Shown in pieces: positions 26,603 to 39,700 of a stretch of 64,000 bases of DNA (position 1 is the stretch's first letter; each line of letters begins with the position of its first letter). Origin of the DNA: Sphagnum compactum (taxonomy: Eukaryota); the NCBI GenBank assembly GCA_965153455.1, contig OZ234493.1:6314213-6378212 (forward strand). The letters are read 5' to 3'. The translations under genes were made by a program, and so were the position numbers. The notes below the pieces were generated by a model that was given only the letters and a program-made list of their open reading frames with translations, was not told the origin of the DNA and did no database searches.

Positions 26603-28090
26603 CAGAGGTTTTGTAAATTTAGAGAACCATCCTCAAACCTGTACCACAGGTTCTATGAAATCAAAATTAAAACAAAAAACCGAAACAGAAGGTTCCTTTC
26701 AAAATCAAGATCCAAACAACACTACTACAAACAATCTTTAATGCTTGCTCTCTAAATCCATTGCACAACAATCAATGAATATGGTTTTTTTACAATCAAA
26801 TGTTTTCATCGGAAACTTTCACCATCCATTTTTAGATAGCCATGTTCACTCTAGGATTGATCATCCAATCATCACTTTTGAACTAACCCTGAAAAGTTTG
26901 TTGTCACTTTGTTACCGTGTGGACAAAACTTGGAACAATTTTTTTAATCTGTTGCCAATAAATGCTACATTTACCTTGAGATGTTCGTTCCCTACTAGTT
27001 CGTAAAAAAAAGCCATTGGAAGCAAAGAGGCATTTTCATGGTTTGTGTTTACAATAGGCTATCCATCGATGAGCTTTTGTGTTTTTGGATCCTTGGACTG
27101 TTCTTATGAAATTCAGAATGTTTAAAATGCTAGTAAACACTAGAATTAGACCTTTTTAAATCTTTTGTGATTCCTCAATTTTTTCATAGTTCAAAGTTAG
27201 ATCCACAATCTAAGAATCTTTGTTTGGGTTTTCATTTGTTGGTCATGGGCAAGGTATTTCAATTGTTATAGAGTATAACATAAAATGCTTTCATCTTATG
27301 TTTTTGAAATGTTATCATCATTCATTTCCTATGGCAAATTGTAAAATTGAATCTATAGATCATAAAGTTGATAAAGACTATAGTCTAGATATTTTTAAGA
27401 TGATTGTTGGCACAAATGAACCATTCAAAGAATTGGTTATTAGAAAGTTGTGGGATTTAAAAAGATTTCAAGTGGATGCAAAATAGATTAAGTGCCTTCT
27501 CCAATGGTGACAAAAACATGAATCCATGTTCCCCATTATTGGTTTTTTTGCTCAATAGATATTGAAAATTATTACATTACAAATAGAGATTGAAAGAATT
27601 TTTTCTTTAGTCAACCTACTCACCAAACTTAGGAACTATTACTTACAATCAGAAACCTTGAAAATTTTAATATTTGTTAGCAAGAATTGACCTAATGACC
27701 CAAGAGGTGGTTGCAAATCTTTTTGCAATTTAATAGAGTTTATTGAAATGAATGAAGGTAAATTTGAGTGAGATGAAATTTGAATTTATTATTGTTTGAA
27801 ATTATTCAATTTCACCATGCTTTTGCAAGTAAAATTTTTAATTAATAAAATCAATAAAAATATTTTTGATAAATGGGTTGTGCAAACCATTTTTGAAAAT
27901 TATTGGTTCAAATATTTATGAAAATCACCTCAACTAAAACCAATTGGATTTTATTTTTCAAAGTTTCAAAACCTTGAATGGTTTTTTAAAAAATTCTCTT
28001 TTTATTTGAAAACTTGATAAATTTTTAAAACAATCCTAAAACTGAAAATTGATGATCTTCACAAAAAAATGAAAATCACCCAACAATAGT
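26603..28090 (+). mobile_element. Degenerate hAT-family element with a C-terminal dimerisation-domain remnant (~27490-27710)
   Basis: Decayed translation LQW*QKHESMFPIIGFFAQ*IL...QIEIERIFSLV...LIFVSKN*PNDPR matches the hATC pattern. Element ends are approximate and no TSD was confirmed. Confidence 0.65.
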
Positions 28091-31000
28091 CTATACACAT
28101 TTTGGTATTGCTGATTACACACTTTGAATCATGTTATACACATCTTGGATATGTAATGGATGCTACATGCCCAAATTGTGCATAACAGGACCCAAAGTGT
28201 GTCATGAGCAACACCAAACTGTGTTTAGTGCCATCCATCTTTTCTTCAAAAAAGATGAATGATGCCAAGGGCAATAATTAAAAAGAAAAACAAGCAATAC
28301 AAAAGCACTACTACAATAAGGACCTAGGGCTTATTTAACATCTTCGTAAGGAGTGGGTGTAAGAGCCTTCCTTTGTCCTATGCCTAATGATCTATTCATA
28401 TTTAAGTTTAAGATAATGTTTGCCTTGTGTTGTAAATTGATAAAGCCCATTGGTGTGGAGCTTTTCAAAATGAAGGGTTGGACTTGGCTATTGCCTCCTC
28501 CTAAGCCCCTTATTTTGGGAATGTTTCCATCCTTGGGATTACCTTACAACTCATTGTTTCTATTTGGCCACATGGTTGTAGAATTTGGATTGTTCTTCCA
28601 CTCTACCAAAAAGAATAAATAATATCTATCGCCTACCTTGACGTTTTTATTGGAGACACCCGTGGGAGTTGAGTAGAGAACACATTGAGATTGGAACCTA
28701 AGATGGGTTTGAACTAGTGTTGGCCAATTATTGATAAACAACCCAGGTATCAACTAGGGTCCAAGTATCATATAACCTACCTATCAATTCCATTTCCAAG
28801 AAATACACAACCAAGAACCTACCTAGCTTGATATTAGGATTTTAAATACCTTACAAATATCTTATTGGCACGATATTAGTTTTTTTTTTAATCAATACCC
28901 TATTGATACCCTAATGGGGACTTGTCATTCTTACTTAGGCCATAAATGTTTTCATCCATTTTATTTTTTTATCCAAGCACCTTTGTCCATTTAAGGTTTC
29001 ACTTTTTGCTACATACCTAAAACCCCAAACCATAAATCATTTTCTCATGTGTTGCTCTCAGCTTTGCATTCGGCAATGTTTTTTTACTTGTATGGGATGG
29101 ATTGTTATGTTTGGTTGTAATAATTGCCAAACACGACAATTGGTCCCAACAACTATAATGGTTATTTGTGAAATCTTTGAATGTTATTGTGAACATTGAG
29201 GACAAATATCGAGATGTTGTCAGGGGTCCATGATGGCAATTTTCTTTTAAACTTGCAATAATTGAACTAACGCACCCATAAGTAAGTATTTCTCCCCCCT
29301 TTATTGTGTTTTGCTTGTGTTCATTGTTGTTGTTTTTGTTTTATTTGGTGTTGTCCTTCAGATGTATGGGACTAGATGTGTAGCATTGAAGCTATGTTGC
29401 AGAACAAACTTGCATGAATTGCTTCAGGGTTTTGAATTCAAATTGTGAATTTTTAAGTTCATCAATGGAAAACTTTTATAATTCATTAATGTTAGTTTAT
29501 AAACCAAAAGCTAGAGTTTTTTTGTTTTTTCCATTGTAAATCAAAATCCAAATGGTAGATTTGATTGAAACATTTTGCTTCAATGTGCATATGCATGAGG
29601 GTTTTGATTGTGATGATGTTCATTTGGAATTAGGAAATTTATTTGAGGTTTGGTTGGGTTTATTTTTATTGTAGAAAGTCAGTGGCTGAGGCACTTGGTC
29701 ATGTGTCAAAATCCGTGAGTTGTGTACCCAAACCACAAGCAAATGGTTCAACATGTCATCCCTTCATTAACACTAAAACCATGGAATAGTATGTAATGCC
29801 CATTTGGGATGCATGTGACCAACAACAACCTCTTTTGATTTATGGATATCTAGATTTAGACATGACACCTTTATTCTTGTGATTAATTTCATAAATTCAA
29901 TGGGGGCGTCTTGCCATGTGGCAATGGGACTTTTTGAAGCCACTAATACGTTTGGAGTTGCAATGGTAGTGCAATTCAAGGATTTCTTATCATTGTACAA
30001 TTTACTATATGAACTAATTATTTATGTGAAGGATGAGGGTGGCAATTTGTCCATCCATGCACAAGCTCTTACTTTAGTTGTTAGTTGCGGTCCTCTGGGA
30101 CTTGCAGTTCCTTGGAAGGGGTCATGTTTTGGCCATGATTTCAGCAAATTATGCCAATATGCTTAAACTGATACTAAAATTTATGTTGCTTTAGGAAAGT
30201 TAGCTTAAAAGCCACTCAATTTACATTGCAAAAAAAAACATGGATTAAAAAGTTTGGCAAAGGGTGCAATGAATACCATAAGGCATGCTTTGATGTTGGG
30301 CTTTCCCATTGAAAACAAAAAACTTTGATGAAGCCTAGTTTTGCTACTAAGGTGATTTTATTTTAGGAAACCCTAAAGTATTGCGATGCCATCAATCTAG
30401 GTTATGGGAGGCAAGAAATTTAATAATATAAGGTCATGTGCCAAATCCACACATATGGGCAATTTCTAAAATGGTTGTTGAAACTATGCTTACTATTGTG
30501 AATCAATGTATCTTCAATCAAACCCAAGGATATTGGTTATTTATTGATGCCTTAAATGTCACCCTTTCAATCAATGTGTATGCAAAATTAAATTCAACAA
30601 TTTGAAATTTTGAATATGAATTTGGGGCATTTCGGGTGCATATGATGGGATAAATTTAGGTTGTATTACATTACAAGAAAATTTGACTTTTCAAACGGTC
30701 CAATTTGACTAAAATGTCCACATTGACCAAGGGGATGATCGTTTTGATTAAAGGCCTAGGGCATGAAAAATACAAATTATTTTTCATTAAAACATTTAAT
30801 TAAAATGACCATGCAACAAACCAAACATCTGGTAAAAAAGGCCAAAAGTCCATCAAGATGACCAAGGCTTAGTCAAATTGACCATACTCAATGGCCATTG
30901 TGATTTACAATTAATCAAATTGACCATTCTAATTTGACACTTAGTTAAATCAATTATATTAATTTGGCTACTTAACGTACAAGTTTATTTTGCTTAGGAT

Positions 31001-31510
31001 ACATACCAAACCTTAAACTAATTTGTTAGTTAATAGTAATTTGTTATATATTAATTAATCATTATTAATTCATAGTCAATAATAAATAATTAGTAATTAA
31101 TATTAAATAAAAAATCAGTAATTAATGTTATATTATTTTTATTTAATGTTTAATATTCAATACTCCATAGGAAATATTCAGTAATCAACCATTTATATTG
31201 AATAATTAATAGAAAATAATATTTATTTAATAAAAAATAATTGATAGGAAATAATAAATTACTAATCATTGATATTATGTATTTATTTATTTATAATTGA
31301 CAGTAATCAATCATTTTTATTTATTTATATTAATTGAATCAATAGCATGTAATAGCCTACTAGGCGTAAGTACTTACATGTTATCTAAATAGATACTTGG
31401 TACATGGTTTAACCTCCTACAAAAATATTGATGAATATTACAATATGTACATCAAAACAAAAAATTCAATTAAGATTATTACAGTATGATGACAAAAGTC
31501 TTAAACTTTT

Positions 31511-31575
31511 GAAGTGGTGGTCCAATGGTAAATACTTGACTCCTCAAAGTGGAGGTGAAAAGTTCAAGTCCTCAT
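31511..31575 (+). other. tRNA-derived (SINE-head-like) sequence with Pol III A and B boxes
   Basis: A-box-like TGGTCCAATGG (31518-31528) and B-box-like AGTTCAAGTCC (31561-31571) at tRNA-like spacing. No complete cloverleaf. Confidence 0.4.
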
Positions 31576-32089
31576 GACACGTATAACATTGGTTACCTAA
31601 GTGACCTTAGTTTTACATGGCTTAAATAACTAGCCTAGGCCACCTAGGCAAGTAGGTTTAAAATTGGCCACCTAGCTTATGCTACCTAGTTTAAGGGGCC
31701 TATGCGAAATAAGATAGGTAGGTAAATTATTTTATTTTATTTTATACATTAATGATTAGGTAACATAAGTAGCTAAATTAATTAATAAATAAACACCATT
31801 GTAATAATTATTACATATTATATATATATATATATAATGTTAAAATGAAATCATATATAATTGTTGTCAAAATATTGTTGATTAGTTTTATTTATTTATT
31901 TTTAAAAACCAACCAAAAATACCACCAAAAGTTCTCCATAAGGTAAATTAGGGTTGGATTTTTTTTTATAATGAATTTTTGATGGTAACTTGCAAAATGA
32001 CTCATGTGATTCAAGGTATCTTGCTTTCACACTACTTTCGTAGTGTTAATTTAAACAATTATGGATTTCCATATGTGCCTAAAATTGTT

Positions 32090-33240
32090 ACACCTTAGTG
32101 TGTTTTCACCTATGTAGTAACTTGGGGTTGTTAGAGCCATTTGATTGCTTGTGTTTTGGGCATGCACTTCCAAAGGTCTGTTAATATGCTACTACATATG
32201 AGCTATGGTTTAAACTACAAATATGCAAAGGCTATTCAAAGTGCCATGCAAAAAATATAACATGGCCCCGAAAATCAAACAAGGGCATGCAAACATGGGA
32301 TTAGGCTTGCATTGATTCTAAATTAAAGCTTAAAAAACTAAAAATGCTTATGAAAACAAGGTAAAGGTTTTTTAATTTTTTAAAACTATTTTTTGGTTTT
32401 AGAATAAAAATGCATTTTGTGTGGTTCAAAGGTGTTTTAATTTTTTGTTGTTGTTGATTTTGTAGGTTTACAAATCAAGTACTGTTATTTCAAGATGCCT
32501 TGACTTTTCAAAATGCCATTGCATTATGTTATAACAACCAATCCATGGCATTGCAGAGTTGAAGGCCTTTTCCAAGAAAGTGGGTTGTTTGTGCAATCAT
32601 GAAAATTTTGTCCACAATTATTTCTAGTTATGTTTTGAACCAAAGTCGTGGACATTGGTTTTTTGTAAGTGCCTTATACTTTGTCATATGAACTTGCCAA
32701 GACATTCAAGAAGAAGTAACCTTCTAGACTATTTTTGACACTGTTGTTGAAGATGATTTGTTTGATTATGAGTTGAAGGAGTTCATAATTCAAATGAAAC
32801 AAAAAATTCTATAGGTTTTTCCTACCTTTCATTTTTTTTTTTACATACGTTTGACAATAAAATGGGTCATAATATCTTGGCTTTGATGTTTGATTTGAGG
32901 TTTAAAAACATGTGATTGGTTACCATGTATTTGGGTTTTTTGAAAATCCTACCATTTTGGTTGCTAAATATGAATAAAATTTATTGTTACCTTTACTCAT
33001 AGAAGTAAACAAGTTGTTGAGTTTGACATTGTTGAAGAAACTTTTAATCTTCATTCACAAGTTGATTCTAAAGGTTTATTTCATACCATAACAACAATAG
33101 TAGACACATGCATGGACATTGTGTCAAAGGAACTTGTTAAATTCCAACTGTTTTTTATTAATGTAAAAAGTTACAAGTGTGTGTTCTCTTGGTGGCACAA
33201 CCAAGAACAAAAGTTTTTGGCCAATACTCTTTTAGTGTGT
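32090..33240 (+). mobile_element. Second decayed hAT transposase fragment, inside the CACTA element
   Basis: Decayed translation CFGHALPKVC*YAT, GHNILALMFDLRFKNM*LV and VFSWWHNQEQKF; paralogous to the outer hAT transposase. Confidence 0.7.
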
Positions 33241-36200
33241 AGTCAAAATGGCTAAGTCCAAAATGATTTGTCCAAGATGGCACCTTGGTCAAGTCAAATA
33301 GGGGCCATTTGGGGTACCTTTTGACCAATTTTTCCAGTAAAAAAAACCTTGTTTTCTTTTAATGTTGGTTCCATTTTTGGCATTTACATCTTCTTACAAT
33401 GATAGCAAGGCTCACAACATGTTAACATTAATGTTGGACCCGCATTTTAAATCCCTTGATGTGGTGAAGGCGTTTATTAAACAAGCAAAAGTGATACAAA
33501 TTGTGACTAAGTATGGCAAGAAGACTTTGTTACCATTGCTAGTGGTTGCTTTCATTTCTTAAACCTCTCCATTTATGACCTAATATAACTAAAGCAACAC
33601 TAGTTGATGATGATTCCATCTTTGGGGCAATGACCTCAAATGTAGTCATTTTGCAGGTTGTTGAATAATGAATTGGGTTTATTCCATCATTTGCATTTGA
33701 AGCTTAATATTTCTATTGCCCTTGACTTGGTGGAAGTCCCATGAAACACAATTTCCAAATGTTTCTTTTGTGACTGAATAGATTCTTGGGATTCTTGGGT
33801 CCTAGATTGAAATTGAGTTTTTTAGCATAGCTAGAATATTGACAAACCTTCGTGTTGTAGGCTAAGAGTTAACAATTTGGACAAGTTGGCGATGATATAA
33901 AAAATTGGTTAACTAATGCAAGATTAAATTGCCCATAAGAACAGTAGTCCATTGATGAATTCCTTATGGAATAAATGAATATCATCAATGAAAATGATAC
34001 ATTATTGAATGTAGCTGGTTATTTCAATGTTGATCATGAGCTAAAGTGATGGATTTGAATGTTGATGAACCTTTTTCTCTATTTTTTACGAATTTGTTTT
34101 GCCATTAAGCATATTTTTGAGGTGTTAGCCTAAGTGGTTGACTATATTGGTTAGTTAAGCTTGTTATTTCTAATTATGCATGGGCTCAACTTCTTGTTTT
34201 CAATTCTTTAGGAGTTGGTAAAATGTAAAATGTCCCAGGCACATTTGTTTTGAACCTTACTATATTAGTTGTCGAATTTGTTCCATTTTTTAGTGATAAT
34301 TGGTTGTGTGCAAGTGTGGATTTTATAGTGATTAACAAGTGGAGCTCTTTGGCCAAGTTTACTTCTACCCCTACATTTAAATGGTGGCATACCATTGTAT
34401 CAGTGGATTTCCACTTCCTTTAATCTATGGTTTAACAAGAATTACAACAATTGAGGTAATTATGTTGTTTTGGCAAGCTTGCAAGGTGGCCATTCTCAAG
34501 AATCTATCATGGTTTTTGAGATGTTTGGGGTGAAATTTCAGTCCTCCCTCACCTCTAGTGTCAAAGATCTCACACTATAAGCCATTGTGGGATTAAAGAA
34601 TGTCCAAATCAACTATGGAAAAATGTTAAACCTTCATGACTTGCTTTTTCGAGATTTCAATTGGTACCATTTTTTTTCTTAAATCAAAAGATCATGATAG
34701 AAAATCAGAATCCTTTCTCTTTCAATAGACTTGGATTTGAAACTCATTGTTCAAACTTTTTGGTTCTACATTCGTATTCTTCCTTCACTCGAGCTCTTTA
34801 ACACTGGTCTGCGATATACAACATGTATATTGTTATAAGATTTCACACAATTGATCTTTTCAGATCAAAAGATCATGATAGAAAACTAGAATCTTAAAAT
34901 ATGAAATTCAAAAATGTGAAAGGAATGAAAACAAAAAAATGTGAAAATAATGATAATAAAAAAAAGAAATGTGAAAATAATGAAAATAAGAAGAATGAAA
35001 AAAAAAATTGTTTGATAATTAACCTAGGCATTATATTGGTTGGTTCTTATTAAGGTCTTGCAAAAACTGACCTTTATGCATATCGGCCGGTTTTTACATG
35101 TGTAAAAAAAAAAAACCCTTTATTGGTTGATTATTCCAACAAGTTGATACCAGATGAATCCTAAAAAAATTGAAAAATCTTAATATTTGATACCCTATAT
35201 GAAATGAAAAAATAATTTTTTTTCAATAACTGATCCGATGGATATTGAAAAAAATAAAAAACCAACCAACACTGGTTTGAACTCATGAAGGTTTATTTTG
35301 AAATTACTCCTTTTTAACACAAAAATAAACTAAAAAAACAAAAATCTCAAGCAACATACACAAACACAAAAGATAAAACATATATGACTTGGGCTAAGAT
35401 CATCCTAAAAGTTGTGTCCTTTTGTGAACTTCACCTGATGGAGAATTAATCACACACACCTAATGACCTTACTTTATGAAGATCATTCACTAATTTCACA
35501 CAATATTTCTTTTGTGAATGTTTTCACAATCAAAACAAATCATGAGTTTATTATATCATAGGTCATTTCACACAAAAGTTTTATTACAAGGTTTCACAAT
35601 AAAATCTCAATATGAAAACATGAAAGTAAAGATTTTAAAAATGACCACAAAGTTTCACCCATAACCCCTCAAATGCTTGAAAAAAAAAATGATGAATCAT
35701 CTACTTATTTGATCTAGGTCTAATCAATATTGTCATTCATTAATATCATCCCACCTATTAATCTTTTAAAATATTCATCCTCTCCATGGCTGAATTCCTA
35801 TATTATTTCACAACTTTAACATTTTTGTCTTATATTAGATCAAGCTAATGGACTTTAATTTATGGCTAACTTGAAATAGTTAGGTAATACATATATGAGT
35901 CCATTGCAGAACCCTTGTCAAAATATCCTTATGTCTATGGCCCATAAGGATTATTATTTATGTATCATATTTAGTCATCTCTCTACTTTAGACCATAACT
36001 ACTATTATTTATAAAAGTTACCTCTAGTGATTAGTTTTGGTGTTAGAATATCATGCAAGGTATACACCAAACCTTTCATTTGAATAATAGATCTACAACC
36101 TATGCACTTCAAACAAACTTTAATATTGATGAGGGTCATACTCAATGTTTTCATGTGATGCCATAACTCGATTTCAACACCTCTTTGTGGACATGCACAT

Positions 36201-36249
36201 CATTGAAACCACAATCAACCTAGAATTTGCTTTCCTTTGGATGACATTC

Positions 36250-36700
36250 AATTCTAGAGGGCCATTATGCCGTAGAACCTCAAAAGTAGGATTCGTGCCC
36301 ATCTCTAACCGCTAGCACAGGATAAAAAAACCCGGCTCCCTCTTAAAGAACCGCGCACGATAGTCACCTATCACACGGCTCCCTTCTCCTGAAACCTGCC
36401 ACTTTTAGACAACGTTCAAATCAATATCGGTCATCAATACCTTGCCCGCGTATAGTTCGTCGGGTTGGTCTAGTAATTCTAAATATGAGGTCAAATAAGG
36501 AAAAGGCCGCAGATCTTCGAGGTTTAATGATTACATAACTTCAAGCTCCAATTTGTACGGATAGAGGGACTCGAACCCCCACGAACATTATGGTCACCAG
36601 AACCTAAACTTGGCATGTCTACCAATTCCATCATATCTGCCAAAACTTGGTTTAATCTGCGAAAATCTTTTTTTTATTTTTTAGTTATCAGACCTTCATG
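36250..36700 (-). other. Nuclear insertion of mitochondrial DNA (NUMT) containing group II intron domains V/VI (DV 36381-36348) and trnL(UAG)
   Basis: CpG-retaining island within CpG-depleted DNA. The minus strand reads GAGCCGTGTGATAGGTGACTATCGTGCGCGGTTC, a canonical domain V, next to an organellar-type tRNA. Boundaries are approximate. Confidence 0.8.
36556..36640 (-). tRNA. trnL-UAG: tRNA-Leu(UAG), mitochondrial type, probably a pseudogene within the NUMT
   Basis: GCAGATATGATGGAATTGGTAGACATGCCAAGTTTAGGTTCTGGTGACCATAATGTTCGTGGGGGTTCGAGTCCCTCTATCCGTA forms a cloverleaf with a long variable arm and TAG anticodon. It has A-C mismatches in both the acceptor and anticodon stems and differs from plastid trnL-UAG. 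Confidence 0.85.
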
Positions 36701-37869
36701 GCCTAAATACTATTTCAAATGATGATGATAGCTCAACAGCCCTTGTATTACCAAGCCAATCTATAATTACAGTCATATGGGCCTTTGGCCCTCTTATCAA
36801 ACTATAATCAAAGTTACACCATATTTGCCTAATACTTCATGAAGTCCAATAAACTAACAATAAAAGCTTAGGTAAGATGTCCATTATTATCGTGGAAACT
36901 TATATAGGGTCACATTATGAAGAAAAGAATACTTACAACATTAACATCTATGTGATGAATGATTACGTGATTTTTCTGTTCAAGTTTAAACTACTAGATT
37001 GAGTACATTGGTTCTTTGACTTGCCACATGTCACTTGGATGACAATTCATAATATTCTGGTGAGGAATTTCATAATCTTTCTAAGTAAAAGATTACATGT
37101 TATACATAATATTCAAAACTAGACATTAATGTTTTACATATGATGCACCCATGTTTTATTTTCACATTCCCTTGATGTCCCCATGTTCTAGTGATATTGC
37201 CCAAATGTTCCTATTATATATGCACAATGTTTACATGTCATTTGCATGAAGTGCCCATGTCGTTCCCATAGTCATTTCATGGCGCATCATAATCACTCAC
37301 CAAAAATGATAAAGCAATGGAATGGGCATGCAGCTACCCATTATGCTGGGTGCACCACCTATCTTGCCTTCTCTGGCTTGCCAAGGGCAGCTTACCCAAC
37401 ATAATGGCGGAGCTGCCGGGTTGTTCCTTAGAACATAGAAGTTGGAAAGAAGAGGCAGGGAACCTCGAAGGGAGAAAATTAAGTAGTTATTTAAAATCAT
37501 AAATTTGGGTTTTTTTCGGTTTCACTCAGCAAGCCCATGCAAGTGTTGTCCAAGCCTCTTGTTTTATTTCTTCTTCAGATTTGTCACCTTCTCCTTGAAT
37601 GTGGTTCACCTAGGCTTCTTCTTTTCAAAGCATTTTCTCCCATATTGCTTTAGGTTTTTGGTACCATGGTCATTTGACTTATTTAGGTTGTTATTTTCTT
37701 TGCATTTGTGTGGTATATTGTCAATATTATGCTGTTTAGTTTGCTTCTTGTAAGCACACTAGCTTCATTATTTAGCATAAATTGCCAAAAAATAATAATA
37801 AATAAAATTTTAAAAAATAAAAAATAAAAATATAACCAAATGTATGTAAGTGACCAAATTTTATTTTAT

Positions 37870-39700
37870 TAGGCACCTTGCTACCGAACCAGGCTGGGTA
37901 TTATGGTAGTTTGGGCAAGTGGTTTGCAGATAATTTTTATGAACCAAACAAAGAGGCTTTAAAACTAGTCTTGTGTGAGATGAAATCGGTGAAACTAAGT
38001 ACAAAATGGTTTTGCATCACTGCAAAATATTCATCATGCAAACAAGAATGCAAAAAATATTTGTAATGTATGAAGTGGTTTCGAATAAGATAAATCATCA
38101 ATATGTGGTTTCATCATGTAATGCATTGCATTTTCAAAAATGATAAACACTTTCAAAAATATGGGTGAAGTTTAACCACCAATTACATGTTATGACTTAT
38201 GACATATCGAAAGAGTTGGGTTCAATTCTATCATTCAAGTCATCATAAACAATGCCCCAAATCAAGGAGATGACAATAGCTAATTGTTTATTATTTGTAT
38301 GGACTCCATTTGTTCCACATTATTTGGAGTCATTAATTGAAGACATGTTGCCTCTAATGTCAAAATTGGTAAGAAAACTAAAAAAGTAGTGAATTTGTGA
38401 GAAAATACGAATGTTTTGCGCATCTACTAATTATTCAAGAATTTGGAGATCTTGAAGTTCCCCAAGACTAGATTTGCTTATGTGTTTCTCAGTTTGGAGC
38501 TTGCTCTTGAAAGTGCATTGTATTTTTAAGCATATAGTTGTGTGATGCTTTGCAAGCTTGGCAAGGTTCTAGGGCTCTTGAAACAAGAGATTCAAAAATC
38601 ATCTCCTATTAGGTAATTAGTTTCAGCTTTGTGCTAAAAATATAATGATAAACTTGCAAACTATGTACACTACTTTGCACATCTTTAAAAAACAAGGTTT
38701 TACCATTGGACTTCCTTACAAGTACATGTTGAAAGCTACTACTTGTCTTTTGAACAATAACTTCAAGTTGGACAAAGGTTGGTAGCGTAATAACATGACA
38801 TTATGCATCAGTTCAGGTGGCAAAAATTGGGTTTGATGTCTCCTGACTCGCGAGATGGTTGGATACCAGTTCTTTTGGGTCCAAAATGTGCAGATCAACA
38901 TTCATTGGATGAGAAGTTTTTGAAAAGGTTTGTGCAAAGAACAAACCTTTTTTAAGCTCGATAGTCGTCTGCATGCCTGCTTACTTTTCAACTCCAGTAC
39001 CCAGGTCCATGCATATCCTCTAGACTTGCAGCATCAATAAAAATTAATCAAAGCCAGAGAAAGGTTGACAAAGTATGCTCGAGTTTGCCTTCATAAGAAG
39101 TTTCACAAAGTTCTTCCTCTTCAAAAAAATTGCGGGTACAGTACCCAAGAAAAAAAGAAAAAAGAAAGAACAATTGCTGATAATATGAGGCCATACCACT
39201 CTGACCATGAATGGATAGGTAAGCAGCCAGAGGATGCTGGTTACCAGACATAACAACCCTCTCTCAGAGGGTTGAAATGATCACGTAACACCAATGTGGG
39301 TGTATGAAAAGTTTCATAACCTTCTTGTAAATGGACAAAGAAAAGCATATAACCCTCTTCTCCGTGGACGAAAATCCATAACCATTTTCTGTCTGGATGA
39401 TGAATGCAAGAAAAGAAGAACAAGAGGGAGACGTTATGCCTCGTGAGAGATGAGAGGAGGGCCGAGCAGAAGCTTATGACCCTTCCAAAATGACCTTCAG
39501 AGTCGGACAGACTAAATGAACACTGAAAAAATAATCCTAGAAACAAATGGGTTTGGTCCCTTCTTGTTGGAACAATTTGCAGTCTGTAGGAGGACAATAA
39601 TCTAATGGGTGAAAAAATTTGAGCCTTGAAGGAGGATTTGCATCCATGATGCTCATTTCGAACTTACACAAGATTCTCACCCATTTCCTGAAATCAAGGC
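37870..39700 (+). mobile_element. Decayed DUF659-type hAT transposase remnant
   Basis: Fragments IIQVIINNAPN (VxQVvTDNA), VWTPFVPHYLE (WTPCAAHCLD) and LKFPKTRFAYVFL (TRFA), with many stops and frameshifts. Confidence 0.6.

Larger units (their letters stand above)
30669..33364. mobile_element. Non-autonomous CACTA element nested in the hAT transposase
   Basis: Termini CATTACAAGAAAA / TTTTCTTTTAATG (a CACTACAAGAAAA TIR with C>T decay), 3-bp TSD TTA/TTG, and TTGACC/GGTCAA subterminal repeats at both ends. Removing it rejoins the hAT frame (VVL|VPFLAF). Confidence 0.75.
28715..35274 (+). mobile_element. hAT DNA transposon with a decayed transposase (~29680-30668 and 33365-34050), interrupted by a CACTA insertion
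   Basis: TIRs TAGTGTTGG / CCAACACTG with a perfect 8-bp TSD GTTTGAAC (28707-28714 and 35275-35282). Transposase remnants include YVKDEGGNL, CFGH, AHNMLTLMLDPHFKSL and LTWWKSHETQFPNVS. Confidence 0.88.
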
